NCBI GenBank assembly: GCA_034408935.1
Contig: DAOUMV010000025.1
Span: 30,281-94,280, forward strand
DNA length: 64,000 bases
Source of the DNA: Dehalococcoidia bacterium
Lineage (GTDB): Bacteria > Chloroflexota > Dehalococcoidia > SM23-28-2 > RBG-16-64-32
Direction of reading: 5' to 3'
Shown here: one piece after another, positions 1 to 8,674 of the stretch
Position numbering within the stretch: position 1 is the first letter of the stretch
Layout: each line of letters starts with the position of its first letter
The notes under the pieces: generated by a model
The model's input: the letters and a program-made list of their open reading frames with translations, nothing else
Database searches by the model: none
What the model was told of the DNA's origin: nothing
Made by a program: the position numbers and the translations under genes

Positions 1-2
1 AC

Positions 3-1220
3 GCAGCCGCGGTGATACGCAGCGTGCGGGCCCACAAGGACGAGATCGGCTGTATTCTCGAAGAAGATGTCCTTGCCGGCCGACTGAATTACGAAGACAT
101 GGAGCGCCTGCCACGTGAAGAGGAGGAGATCGTCCTGCGGGCCATGCACCAGACGTTTGTGGACCACGGTCTGTGCCTGCGAGAGCAGACGGAGGCCGGG
201 ACGCAGCTTGTGTTTCCTTCTTACTACCGCCGTGAACGTCCGGAGCTCGAAGGGCACCCTGCCGTGTTCGTCACCTACCAGTTTAGCGGTCAGCTCCACG
301 AGATATACGCGACGCTTATCGTGCGTCTGCACAACACAACCGCATTCGAAAAAGACCAGCTCTGGCGGTTCGCCGCCGACTTCAAGACCCCGTCCGGCAA
401 GCGTCTCGGGCTCAAGATGGCCAGAAGGGCCGAGGGGGCGGGAGAGATCAGCGTATACCTGGGCCCCGCTATTCCGGACGATGCTAAGGTGACGTTCATC
501 AAGTATGTGCATGAGCATATCTTGGGGAAGGATCCGGAGGTCGCGCGCATCCGGCATTACATCTGTCCAAATGACGAATGTGGTGAGCCTGTCGAAAGCG
601 TCCGCGCCATCAAGAGGGCTCTGGAACGAGGACAGCAGCAACTCCCTTGCCAGTTCTGCAACGGATCCATACCCTTGTGGGACCTGATCGAGGAGAAGTT
701 TGCCTCTGATGAGGCGCTGCAACGCGTTCGCGAAATGGAGGAGCAGTCTCGCGCCAGCATCGACAACGAGAGCCGTGAACTAATCCTCGTGGGCCACGCG
801 TTCGCCATCGCAGGCGAGGCCGGACAGATCTTCCGGCCCGTGCCCAATAGTGACTGGGGCATCGACGGCGAGATCGAGTTCAAGGACTACGACGGCAAGG
901 CCAGCGGCCGACGGGTCTACCTACAGCTCAAGTCAGGCGATTCCTACCTGTACAAACGACGCCACGATGGGGTAGAGGTGTTCACGATCAGGAATCCTCG
1001 CCACGCTGAATATTGGCAGCAGCAGGCCTACCCTGTGATGCTCGTCATCCGCACCTCGGACGGTGAAATCCGCTGGATGGATGTGAGTGCCTATCTGAAA
1101 GAGAAGACGAAAGGCCGGAAGCGGCCCGTGAAGCGAATCGTCTTCGAGGGCGAGGAGTTTAGCGCGCTAAGTCTTAGGCGTCTGCGCGACAGGGTAATTC
1201 CGTATCGGGAAGCTGCGTGA
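3..1220 (+). CDS. 5'-truncated ROCO-like protein: COR-like region, Zn ribbon and C-terminal DUF4365 (PD-(D/E)xK nuclease-fold) domain
   Basis: Frame is open from base 3. CPxxxC...CxxC Zn ribbon, then DWGIDGEIEF...YLQLKSG, the D-x-E...Q-x-K pattern typical of DUF4365. The COR assignment rests on remembered resemblance of the LVFPSYYRRERP region. Confidence 0.65.
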   Translation, partial: AAAVIRSVRAHKDEIGCILEEDVLAGRLNYEDMERLPREEEEIVLRAMHQTFVDHGLCLREQTEAGTQLVFPSYYRRERPELEGHPAVFVTYQFSGQLHEIYATLIVRLHNTTAFEKDQLWRFAADFKTPSGKRLGLKMARRAEGAGEISVYLGPAIPDDAKVTFIKYVHEHILGKDPEVARIRHYICPNDECGEPVESVRAIKRALERGQQQLPCQFCNGSIPLWDLIEEKFASDEALQRVREMEEQSRASIDNESRELILVGHAFAIAGEAGQIFRPVPNSDWGIDGEIEFKDYDGKASGRRVYLQLKSGDSYLYKRRHDGVEVFTIRNPRHAEYWQQQAYPVMLVIRTSDGEIRWMDVSAYLKEKTKGRKRPVKRIVFEGEEFSALSLRRLRDRVIPYREAA

Positions 1221-1253
1221 GACGGCTGGCCGCTCGCAGGCCTTGGCCCGCGT

Positions 1254-2816
1254 TTACTCTAGGTAGTCCTTCAGCTTCTTGCTACGTGAGGGGTGGCGGA
1301 GCTTGCGCAGCGCCTTCGCCTCTATCTGGCGGATGCGCTCCCGCGTAACGTTGAACTCCCGGCCCACTTCCTCCAGCGTCCGGCTACGCCCGTCATCGAG
1401 GCCGAAGCGCAACACCAGCACCTTCTTCTCCCGCGGCGTCAGCGAGTCTAGCACGTCCTGCACCTGCTCCTTCAGGAGCTGGTGGGAGGCCGCCTCCGCC
1501 GGAGCCATCGACCCCTGGTCCTCGATGAAGTCCCCTAGGTGGGAGTCCTCCTCCTCGCCGATGGGCGTCTCCAGCGACACGGGCTCCTGGGAGACCTTAA
1601 TGATCTCCCGCACCTTGTCCGACCCCACCTCCATCCCGCTCCCGATCTCCTCGCTGGTCGGCTCCCGCCCGTATTCCTGTACCAGCCGCCGGCTGATGCG
1701 CACTAGCTTGTTGATGGTCTCGACCATGTGAACCGGGATGCGGATTGTGCGCGCCTGGTCGGCGATGGCCCGCGTGATCGCCTGACGGATCCACCAGGTG
1801 GCGTATGTGCTGAACTTGTACCCTTTCCGATAGTCGAACTTCTCGACCGCCCGGATGAGCCCGATGTTTCCCTCCTGGATCAGATCCAGCAGGGACATTC
1901 CGCGGCCGATGTACTTCTTGGCCACGCTTACCACCAGCCGTAGATTGGCCTCCGTCAGACGCTTCTCGGAGCGAAACTCCTCCTCCTTCAGCCGCCTGAA
2001 GAAGGACTTGATCCTCTCCTCGTCCAGGAGGAGCTTGTCGGCCAGCCCGTCCACCGGCGGGAGGAGGGCCTTCTCCCCATCGGCCGCCCTGGCCGCCAGC
2101 GACACCAGCTCCGGCACCAGGATGTGTGTGATGATCGAGATCTCCATCAGTTGCTGCCTCGCCGCCTCCTCATCGCCCTTCAGCCGGGCAGCCAGCTTCT
2201 CGGCCATCTCCTCATCGATCTCGCCGTCCACAACTCGCCGGAACCCTTCGTCCATGACGAGTTCAGCCAGGGGGAGCTTCTGCAGCTTGAGCTCCCGCAC
2301 GATGAATCTCAGCGACCTGGAGAGCTCGTGCAGGTGGGCAATCAGCGCCGTCAGCACGTCCACGCCCCGGGCCCGTCGCCCGCTCTCCTCCAGGAAAGCG
2401 TCCTCGATCCGCTGTATGTGGTCGCTCTCCTCCATGAAGCGGGCCAGCCGCTTCTCGTCTGCCGCTGTCAGGAGGTGAACCTTGCCGATCTCCCGCAGGT
2501 ACATGCGGACCGGATCGTCAATCCCCTCCTCCAACTCGAGGCCGGCGACCTCCCGCTCCGCCTCCTCTTCCAGCTTCTCCGCCTTCGGCTCCCCCCACTC
2601 CTCCAGCTCTATCGCTGTGCGGGACGTGATGCGCGGCGGCACCACCGGGTCCTCCGTCCCCTCGTCCGTTCTAGCGGGCACGCTGCCCAGCTCCTCCACG
2701 GTCTCATCTTCGGCGTCGGTCTCTTCCCCGGTGTCCTCAAGCAGGTCATCGGCAAGCCGATTCCGTTTGCGCTCCCGCTCCAGGAGGTCTCGTTTCTCTG
2801 TGAATTCCCTAGCCAT
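1254..2816 (-). CDS. rpoD: Primary RNA polymerase sigma factor (sigma70/SigA)
   Basis: [12 protein letters not shown] (1.2), [43 protein letters not shown] (2.3-2.4), [29 protein letters not shown] (4.2); follows dnaG. Confidence 0.97.
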   Translation of the reverse strand: MAREFTEKRDLLERERKRNRLADDLLEDTGEETDAEDETVEELGSVPARTDEGTEDPVVPPRITSRTAIELEEWGEPKAEKLEEEAEREVAGLELEEGIDDPVRMYLREIGKVHLLTAADEKRLARFMEESDHIQRIEDAFLEESGRRARGVDVLTALIAHLHELSRSLRFIVRELKLQKLPLAELVMDEGFRRVVDGEIDEEMAEKLAARLKGDEEAARQQLMEISIITHILVPELVSLAARAADGEKALLPPVDGLADKLLLDEERIKSFFRRLKEEEFRSEKRLTEANLRLVVSVAKKYIGRGMSLLDLIQEGNIGLIRAVEKFDYRKGYKFSTYATWWIRQAITRAIADQARTIRIPVHMVETINKLVRISRRLVQEYGREPTSEEIGSGMEVGSDKVREIIKVSQEPVSLETPIGEEEDSHLGDFIEDQGSMAPAEAASHQLLKEQVQDVLDSLTPREKKVLVLRFGLDDGRSRTLEEVGREFNVTRERIRQIEAKALRKLRHPSRSKKLKDYLE

Positions 2817-2836
2817 CGATATCCGTTTCGGCGGTC

Positions 2837-2854
2837 CTGCCTACCGTCAGGCAG
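2837..2854. repeat. Short palindrome CTGCCT-N6-AGGCAG overlapping the dnaG stop (REP-like or terminator)
   Basis: CTGCCTACCGTCAGGCAG read directly. Confidence 0.35.
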
Positions 2855-4736
2855 ACTCGCCGCCCTCTTCCTTTCTTTCCCCTGCGTGTAGTCTCAGTCC
2901 CGTCTCCATATCCCGGCGCTGAAGGACGACCGCTTCCTTCACCGGCTCCTCCGCCGACTCCGCGCCGGAGGCGGCGGCCTCCACCAGCGTTGAGGCGCCC
3001 ATCTCTTCCTCCTTGGCCGCCAGCAGCGCCGCCATCGCATGCTTCTCCGCTCGGAGCTGACGCTCCTCCAGCCGTCGCAGGCAATCCGCCAGGGCAGCCT
3101 CCGCCGCCTGCGCAGTGAAGTCGGGGAGCCTCCCATTTACTAGACGCTCCAAGTGCCCCTTCAGTTCCTCCGGCAGCGACTCCTTTACCGTATCTAACTC
3201 AGGAGACTGCTTCCAGGCTGCCAGCACCTCGCGGTTAGTGCTCTCCCAGAACAGCTCAGCCGGCACCTCCAGCCCCGCTTGTCGCAGGTGTGGAAAGCGC
3301 AGCAGCAGCGCCAGCAGGAACCCCTCCGGCCCTTTCTCGCCCCGCGTATCTCCTAACGATGAAGCCGTCGCCTCAGGTTCGCCCGCCCGTCCGGAACGGC
3401 GCCGGCGCCTCACCATCCGCGACAACTCCTCCTCCTTCACCAGAGACAGCCGCGACAGCCGCTGCAGGTAGTGGGCCCGCATCACCGGGTCGCTCACCGG
3501 CTCCAGCAGCGGCAGCAGCTCCTGCACCGCCTCCGACCTCCCTTGGGGGGCCGAGAGGTCGTGCCGGGACGCCGCGGCCTCGAACCGGTAGTCCAGCACC
3601 GGCCGCGCCGAGGCGATGAGCTGTTGCCAGACCTCGGGATCGGCGCGGATCACATCGTCGGGGTCACGCCCCGTGGGCAGGATCGCAACCCGCAGGTCTA
3701 CCGCCGCGGCGTCCTGATAGTGGACCAGACCCCGCCATGTCACCACCGGCACCGTCTGCCGGTCCTCGTCCCCTCTCATCGCTTCTTCCACCACCTCGTG
3801 CCCGCGCAGGGCTGCCTCGCTGCCCGCGGCGTCGGCGTCCAGCGCCAGGATGATGTTCCGCGCCTGCCGCTTCAGCAGGCGCACCTGCCGCTCCGTCAGC
3901 GACGTCCCCATCGTCGCCACCACGTTGTCAAACCCGCTCTGGTGAGCGGCGATGACGTCCATGTATCCCTCTACGATTACGGCGCAGCCCTCCCTACGGA
4001 TGCCCTCGTTGGCGCGATCCAGGGCATACAGCATACCACCCTTGTCAAACACCGCCGTCTGCGCCGTGTTCAGGTACTTCGGCATGCTGTCGTCCAGGGC
4101 ACGCGCTCCGAACCCGACGAAGCGGCCTCGCCTATCGCGTATTGGGAACATCAGCCGCCCCCGGAAGCGGTCGTGCAACCCCCGCTCCCCTTCCACCAGG
4201 AGCCCCGCCGCCAGCAGCTCGGCCTCCGTGTAGCCACGCTGCCGCAACTGTTCCCCGGTGGCTTCCCAGGACGCCGGGCTGTACCCCAGGAGGAACGCCT
4301 CCGCTGTGGGCCTGTCGATGCCGCGGCCCTCTACGTACTGCCACGCCTGCCCGCCCGCCTCACTTTCCAGCAGCAGCTCGTGGTACCAGCGAGCGGCCGC
4401 CTCATTCGCCGCGAACGTCCGCTCCCGCTGTCGCACCTCTTCCGGGGACCGGCGTTCCGCTAGGGTCACGCCAGCGCGGGCGGCGAGCACTCTCAGCGCT
4501 TCCCCGAACTCGATCCCCTCTCTGCGCATGACGAACGAGAAAACGTCGCCTCCGGTGCCGCAGGCACCGAAACAGTGCCAGCTCTGCCTCTCCGGCGACA
4601 CGATGAAGGAGGGCGTCTTCTCGCTGTGGAACGGGCAGAGCGCCTTGAAGCTTCGGCCCGACCGCTGGAGCTGGACGTGCTGGCCTACGACGTCGACTAT
4701 GTCCAGCCGCGCCTTGATCTCTTCGATTTCGTTCAT
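2847..4736 (-). CDS. dnaG: DNA primase
   Basis: CPFHSEKTPSF...WHCFGAC Zn-binding domain, FRGRLMFPI, KYLNT, EGYMDV and DADAAG TOPRIM motifs. Confidence 0.97.
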   Translation of the reverse strand: MNEIEEIKARLDIVDVVGQHVQLQRSGRSFKALCPFHSEKTPSFIVSPERQSWHCFGACGTGGDVFSFVMRREGIEFGEALRVLAARAGVTLAERRSPEEVRQRERTFAANEAAARWYHELLLESEAGGQAWQYVEGRGIDRPTAEAFLLGYSPASWEATGEQLRQRGYTEAELLAAGLLVEGERGLHDRFRGRLMFPIRDRRGRFVGFGARALDDSMPKYLNTAQTAVFDKGGMLYALDRANEGIRREGCAVIVEGYMDVIAAHQSGFDNVVATMGTSLTERQVRLLKRQARNIILALDADAAGSEAALRGHEVVEEAMRGDEDRQTVPVVTWRGLVHYQDAAAVDLRVAILPTGRDPDDVIRADPEVWQQLIASARPVLDYRFEAAASRHDLSAPQGRSEAVQELLPLLEPVSDPVMRAHYLQRLSRLSLVKEEELSRMVRRRRRSGRAGEPEATASSLGDTRGEKGPEGFLLALLLRFPHLRQAGLEVPAELFWESTNREVLAAWKQSPELDTVKESLPEELKGHLERLVNGRLPDFTAQAAEAALADCLRRLEERQLRAEKHAMAALLAAKEEEMGASTLVEAAASGAESAEEPVKEAVVLQRRDMETGLRLHAGERKEEGGESA

Positions 4737-4924
4737 CGCCCTGGCGTCTGCCCTACCTCTTGGTAGAAAACCGACCGGTCAGTACGCTGGGCCGGCGCGG
4801 CGCTCGAGCCCGCTGGTTACGGGATATATCTCTGCCCACCCATTGACACCCATATTATAAACAACCGATCTCGTCAAAGGTTACGCCCTCTCGAAAAGAT
4901 GTTCCGAAATTCCCGTTGGGACGC

Positions 4925-5950
4925 CTACAGCCGGTGCCCGAGCCGCTCCGCTGCGGCCAGGGCGAAGCCGTCCGTCATGCCCGCGACGTAGTCGGCTGCC
5001 CGTCGCCACGCCGCGTCCGACGCGATCACGAAGTCGCTCTCCATCTCCTCCGGCTGCGCGATGTAGTACCGGAAGAGGAAGCGCACCACCTGCTTCGCCC
5101 GCTCCGCCTCCTCACGCCGTCCCTCCCACATGTACACCCGCTGGAACATGAACTCTCGCAGGGCGTTCGCTGCCGCTAGCACCTCCTCGCTCATGCCGAT
5201 GTCCGGTGGCCCCTCACCCTCGCCCGTCGCTGCCCACGAATGCTCTACGATGTCTGTCACCAGGGTATCGATGCGCTGAGAGTGGCTCCTACCCAGCGTC
5301 TGCATCACCTCGGGGGGTAGTTCCTCCTCACTGATCAGCCCCGCCCGCGTCGCGTCGCCGATGTCGTGGTTGAGATAGGCCACCGCGTCGGCCAGCTTCA
5401 CGATCTGCCCCTCCAGGGTGGCTGGCGTCCCGTACCCCTCGGCGAGGATGTCCTCCAGCACCTTGGAGCTGTTGACGATCGCATCGCGCACCTCCCACGT
5501 CAGGTTCAGCTCCTCCAGCTTGTCCACCACCCGCAGGCTCTGCTCGGCGTGCCGGAAACCCGCCGGCAGCAGGTCCGACAAGGCCTGCTCCCCGGCGTGG
5601 CCGAAGGGCGGGTGTCCTAGGTCGTGTCCCAGAGCCGCCGCCTCCGCCAGATCCTCGTTCAGGTTCAGCGCCCGCGCGATCGTCCGTGCGATCTGCGCCA
5701 CCTCCAGCGTGTGCGTCAGCCGCGTTACGAAGTGATCCCCCACCGGCGCGATGAACACCTGCGTCTTGTGCTTCAGCCGCCGGAACGCCTTTGAGTGGAT
5801 GATTCGGTCCCGGTCCCGCTGGAACTCCGTCCGCAGCGGCGAGGGCTCCTCCGGCACCTCCCGGCCGCGGCTCTCGAAGCTCCTGGCCGCGTACGGCGAG
5901 AGCAGCCGCTCTCGCTCCTCCAGTCGCTGCCGGACGACGCTCAAGTCCAT
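4925..5950 (-). CDS. dgt: dGTP triphosphohydrolase-like HD protein
   Basis: FQRDRDRIIHSKAFRRLKHKTQVF, RLTHTLEV, GHDLGHPPFGHAGE, DYVAGMTD. Confidence 0.93.
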   Translation of the reverse strand: MDLSVVRQRLEERERLLSPYAARSFESRGREVPEEPSPLRTEFQRDRDRIIHSKAFRRLKHKTQVFIAPVGDHFVTRLTHTLEVAQIARTIARALNLNEDLAEAAALGHDLGHPPFGHAGEQALSDLLPAGFRHAEQSLRVVDKLEELNLTWEVRDAIVNSSKVLEDILAEGYGTPATLEGQIVKLADAVAYLNHDIGDATRAGLISEEELPPEVMQTLGRSHSQRIDTLVTDIVEHSWAATGEGEGPPDIGMSEEVLAAANALREFMFQRVYMWEGRREEAERAKQVVRFLFRYYIAQPEEMESDFVIASDAAWRRAADYVAGMTDGFALAAAERLGHRL

Positions 5951-6018
5951 ATCGAGGGCATTCTACACAAACGCCGCGTCGACGCGAAGGCCCCGGCGCA
6001 CCCGTTCCGACAGGCGTC

Positions 6019-6663
6019 CTACAGCGCCCGGCTCAGTGACCTGATCCCCGGGCACTTGTACACGGCTTCGAATTGGGGATCGCGCTTCTCGCCGATGACT
6101 TCGAACCCCGCCTTCTCGTACGCCCGTTGCGCTGGGTCGTTCCCGATCAGGACGCCAATGTCCGCCACGGTCGCCCCCCGTATTCGCCCTTCGTCGAGGA
6201 TCCTCACCATCAGTCGGTCCACCAGCCCTCTGCGGCGATACTCCGGCAGCGTCGCCACGTGCTCCACTATCCACACCCCAGGCTCGTGCTCCGGCGCGAC
6301 GCTGATGATCGAGCCGGCCCGCCCCCATCCCGCCGCGTGCTCCTCTTCGCTTCTGCCCACCGCCTCGTTCGCCTGCATCAGCCCTTCCCTCAGCGCTGGC
6401 GTCCCGCACTCCGCCTCGAAGTACCCGCACAGCGCCGACACCGTCCGCCCGTCCGCTTCCGCGACCAGGAACGTGGAGTAGTGCGCCCAATGGCGCTGCT
6501 CCGTCACCGCCAGCGCTTCGAGGTAGCGCAGGCAATCCCCCTCCGACCCTCCCACCACGAAGTCCCACAAACCATTATCGAGATGCGACCGATGCGCTGT
6601 CATCATCACCCATGCCAGAAACTTGGCGTCCTCCGGCCGGGCGTACTGGTATTGCACTTCCAT
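6019..6663 (-). CDS. GNAT-family N-acetyltransferase
   Basis: VATLPEYRRRGLV acetyl-CoA motif A; NDPAQRAYEKAGF motif B. Confidence 0.85.
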   Translation of the reverse strand: MEVQYQYARPEDAKFLAWVMMTAHRSHLDNGLWDFVVGGSEGDCLRYLEALAVTEQRHWAHYSTFLVAEADGRTVSALCGYFEAECGTPALREGLMQANEAVGRSEEEHAAGWGRAGSIISVAPEHEPGVWIVEHVATLPEYRRRGLVDRLMVRILDEGRIRGATVADIGVLIGNDPAQRAYEKAGFEVIGEKRDPQFEAVYKCPGIRSLSRAL

Positions 6664-6686
6664 TCCCGTTCGCTCCCGCTCCTCTG

Positions 6687-6725
6687 CGATACGTTGTCAG
6701 CCGCCCAGCCGCCATCCTATCTGGG
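6687..6725 (-). repeat. Copy 3 (diverged) of a promoter/leader repeat
   Basis: CGATACGTTGTCAGCCGCCCAGCCGCCATCCTATCTGGG matches the 10225/11463 repeat at 32 of 39 positions by manual alignment; lies just upstream of the GNAT start. Confidence 0.7.
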
Positions 6726-6782
6726 GAACTCGCCCAATGTCTAGCGGAAGCCGGCCGCTCTCGCTCCTCCGGCAAGAGAGCG

Positions 6783-7853
6783 TCAGAGGCAGGTGTGAAC
6801 TGCAGGTAGCATGGCGAGGCGGCATGAAGCGGGAGGTGGCGGAACTGCATTGACCTGCTTCTCCAGTTCAGAAGCGAAGACGTCCATGCGCGCTTTGGGC
6901 GTGCTCTCTGTATTGCTAATCAACAGATCGTTGGCGGTCATGCGCTGTGACATCGCGACTTGAAACGGGTGCTCATTCATCAGGTGGATGTGTCCGCAGA
7001 TTCGCGAGAGTTCGTGTATCCGGCTCGTACTTGCTACTCCGTTTACCAGAACCTCCCAACCCTCACCTATACCTTGAAAGAGACGCTGTAACCTGAGAAG
7101 CGCCCAGGGCCACTTCTCATCCGTTTCCAGTGTCGTCAGATCCACGGAGAAGGCTCTTATCCCCGGCCAGCGCTGTAGCTCTGTGACCCATGCATCCACA
7201 TCACGCCGCAACAAGTAGCAGGACACATGCGGGATTGTCGGCACGCCAGCTTCTACCAGCATCTCGAACATCCGTAGGGACCTGGCGATGTTGTAGCGGT
7301 GCTCCAAGGGTGGAGTCTTGTCCCAGAGCGAGAAGTTTGGAACCGTCACTAAGTCGTAGCCAGCGGAAGCGAGGGAGCCGACCAGCGGGCGGCGGTGACG
7401 CCAAGCTGTTTCCAGTACAGCGTCATCCTGAAAAGAAGAGACAATCACCACCGCCTCTCTGGGCAGACCTAAGTCCGCCTTTATCTCGGCAGCCGTCCTC
7501 ACTCGCCCTGACGGCCTGATGCGATCGAGCGGAACCGCAACGTCTCGATACCCTGTGGCCGAAAAGCCGGCTCGGACTTGCACCCTGGGGATGTACGCAG
7601 ACAGCGCTGGCAGTGGCTGCTGGGTCGCGCGCGTGTTGATCCGGATATCGAGGCCGCCGCATTCCCACAGCCGTTCTGTGAGATCGGGACGGAGTGGGTG
7701 CATAACATCCCGGCCTCCCATCCGTCCCCTCTGTGGCGGCGTGAACTCGTTGTCGCAGCCGAATTCAGTGGTGCCCTCGTCACAGAAATAGGACGCCGGA
7801 CACGTCGCACAGTGCTGACACGGCTGTAGTCGTAGCTGGATCCCTTCGGGCAT
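6783..7853 (-). CDS. DUF4417-like protein with a Cys-rich N-terminus
   Basis: PNFSLWDKTPPLEHRYNIARSLRMFEMLVEAGVPTIPHV resembles the DUF4417 PDFSLY...N..R...G..vIP pattern; N-terminal CQHCATC...C...C; more A/T-ending codons than flanking genes. Confidence 0.6.
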   Translation of the reverse strand: MPEGIQLRLQPCQHCATCPASYFCDEGTTEFGCDNEFTPPQRGRMGGRDVMHPLRPDLTERLWECGGLDIRINTRATQQPLPALSAYIPRVQVRAGFSATGYRDVAVPLDRIRPSGRVRTAAEIKADLGLPREAVVIVSSFQDDAVLETAWRHRRPLVGSLASAGYDLVTVPNFSLWDKTPPLEHRYNIARSLRMFEMLVEAGVPTIPHVSCYLLRRDVDAWVTELQRWPGIRAFSVDLTTLETDEKWPWALLRLQRLFQGIGEGWEVLVNGVASTSRIHELSRICGHIHLMNEHPFQVAMSQRMTANDLLISNTESTPKARMDVFASELEKQVNAVPPPPASCRLAMLPAVHTCL

Positions 7854-7867
7854 CGGCGGCTCTAGTT

Positions 7868-8206
7868 CTACCCACCTCTACTCAACGTCGCGCGAAAGCT
7901 GTCGGCCGAGATCTGAGCGACTTCCCCCAGGTACCTCTCGCCCTCTTCCAGACAACGCGTGACGCGAGCTGAACTGGTACTAATGTGTAGGATCTCAGCC
8001 ACTCGTCCCGCGACAACCAACTGCGGTCGGCCATCAGCCAGTGTCAAGGAGACGCGCTCCCCCACCGTTGGTGGCTCGGCTGCCCGTCCGGCAACTGCCA
8101 CTTCGTCGGGGCACCCTGCAGGAGGTCTCCCCGCTGCTTCGGTCGCCACCGGCGACTTGCGGACCGGCTGCGTGGACGCACGCCACCTTTTACTCTTCAC
8201 TCCCAT
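7868..8206 (-). CDS. Small hypothetical protein, predicted beta-rich (HIRAN-like?)
   Basis: AGGAGG upstream of the ATG; 14 bp gap to the DUF4417-like gene; alternating hydrophobic strands and two Cys (CPD, RCL..G..Y.G.V). Confidence 0.55.
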   Translation of the reverse strand: MGVKSKRWRASTQPVRKSPVATEAAGRPPAGCPDEVAVAGRAAEPPTVGERVSLTLADGRPQLVVAGRVAEILHISTSSARVTRCLEEGERYLGEVAQISADSFRATLSRGG

Positions 8207-8286
8207 TCTGGTTTCTTCCTCCTGAACGACTTGACAGTCAGGAGGATGTTCGCACCATCCCTGAGTTCAGCCGCGTTCGCTCCGGG

Positions 8287-8313
8287 TTAGCACTCCATCC
8301 TCTCGACTGCTAA
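8287..8313. promoter_or_regulatory. CIRCE element (HrcA operator)
   Basis: TTAGCACTC-catcctctc(N9)-GACTGCTAA; 17/18 match to TTAGCACTC-N9-GAGTGCTAA. Confidence 0.88.
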
Positions 8314-8329
8314 CCTATCTGCTGGCTGC

Positions 8330-8358
8330 ATTCTAGAACGGATGTGCGCGCATGTCAA
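8330..8358 (-). promoter_or_regulatory. sigma70-type promoter upstream of the CIRCE
   Basis: Minus strand TTGACA (8358-8353), 17 nt spacer, TAGAAT (8335-8330). Confidence 0.85.
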
Positions 8359-8439
8359 CCATCCCGCTGCCACCTCCCCATTCCACCTCTGCCCCCGTTC
8401 GCGCTACACTTGAGGCGCTCCCGTACCTTAATACCTGCT

Positions 8440-8664
8440 TTCCCTCCCCCTGGTGGGGTGGGGCCAAGTCTGAATAGAGTTAGGAGCCTGTCCGCCTCAG
8501 GCGGAGGTGGGTGGGCGAGTCAGATAACTCGGGGTGGGGTGGCCGCATTCTAAGGCGATGCCTTGGCGCCTCTCCGACTCAGACGGATGTCGAGGGCTGA
8601 GCGTGTCGTAGGGGCAACCTTCAGCCTGCCCGCCCCCTGTCACTCCTCCGGGCCGTTCCCCTAC
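8440..8664. repeat. Cluster of REP-like palindromic elements
   Basis: CCCTCCCCCTGGTGGGG; CCTGTCCGCC-TCA-GGCGGA (8487-8505); degenerate GTAGGGGC...CCCCTAC doublet (8608-8664). Confidence 0.55.
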
Positions 8665-8674
8665 CAGCCACCCC

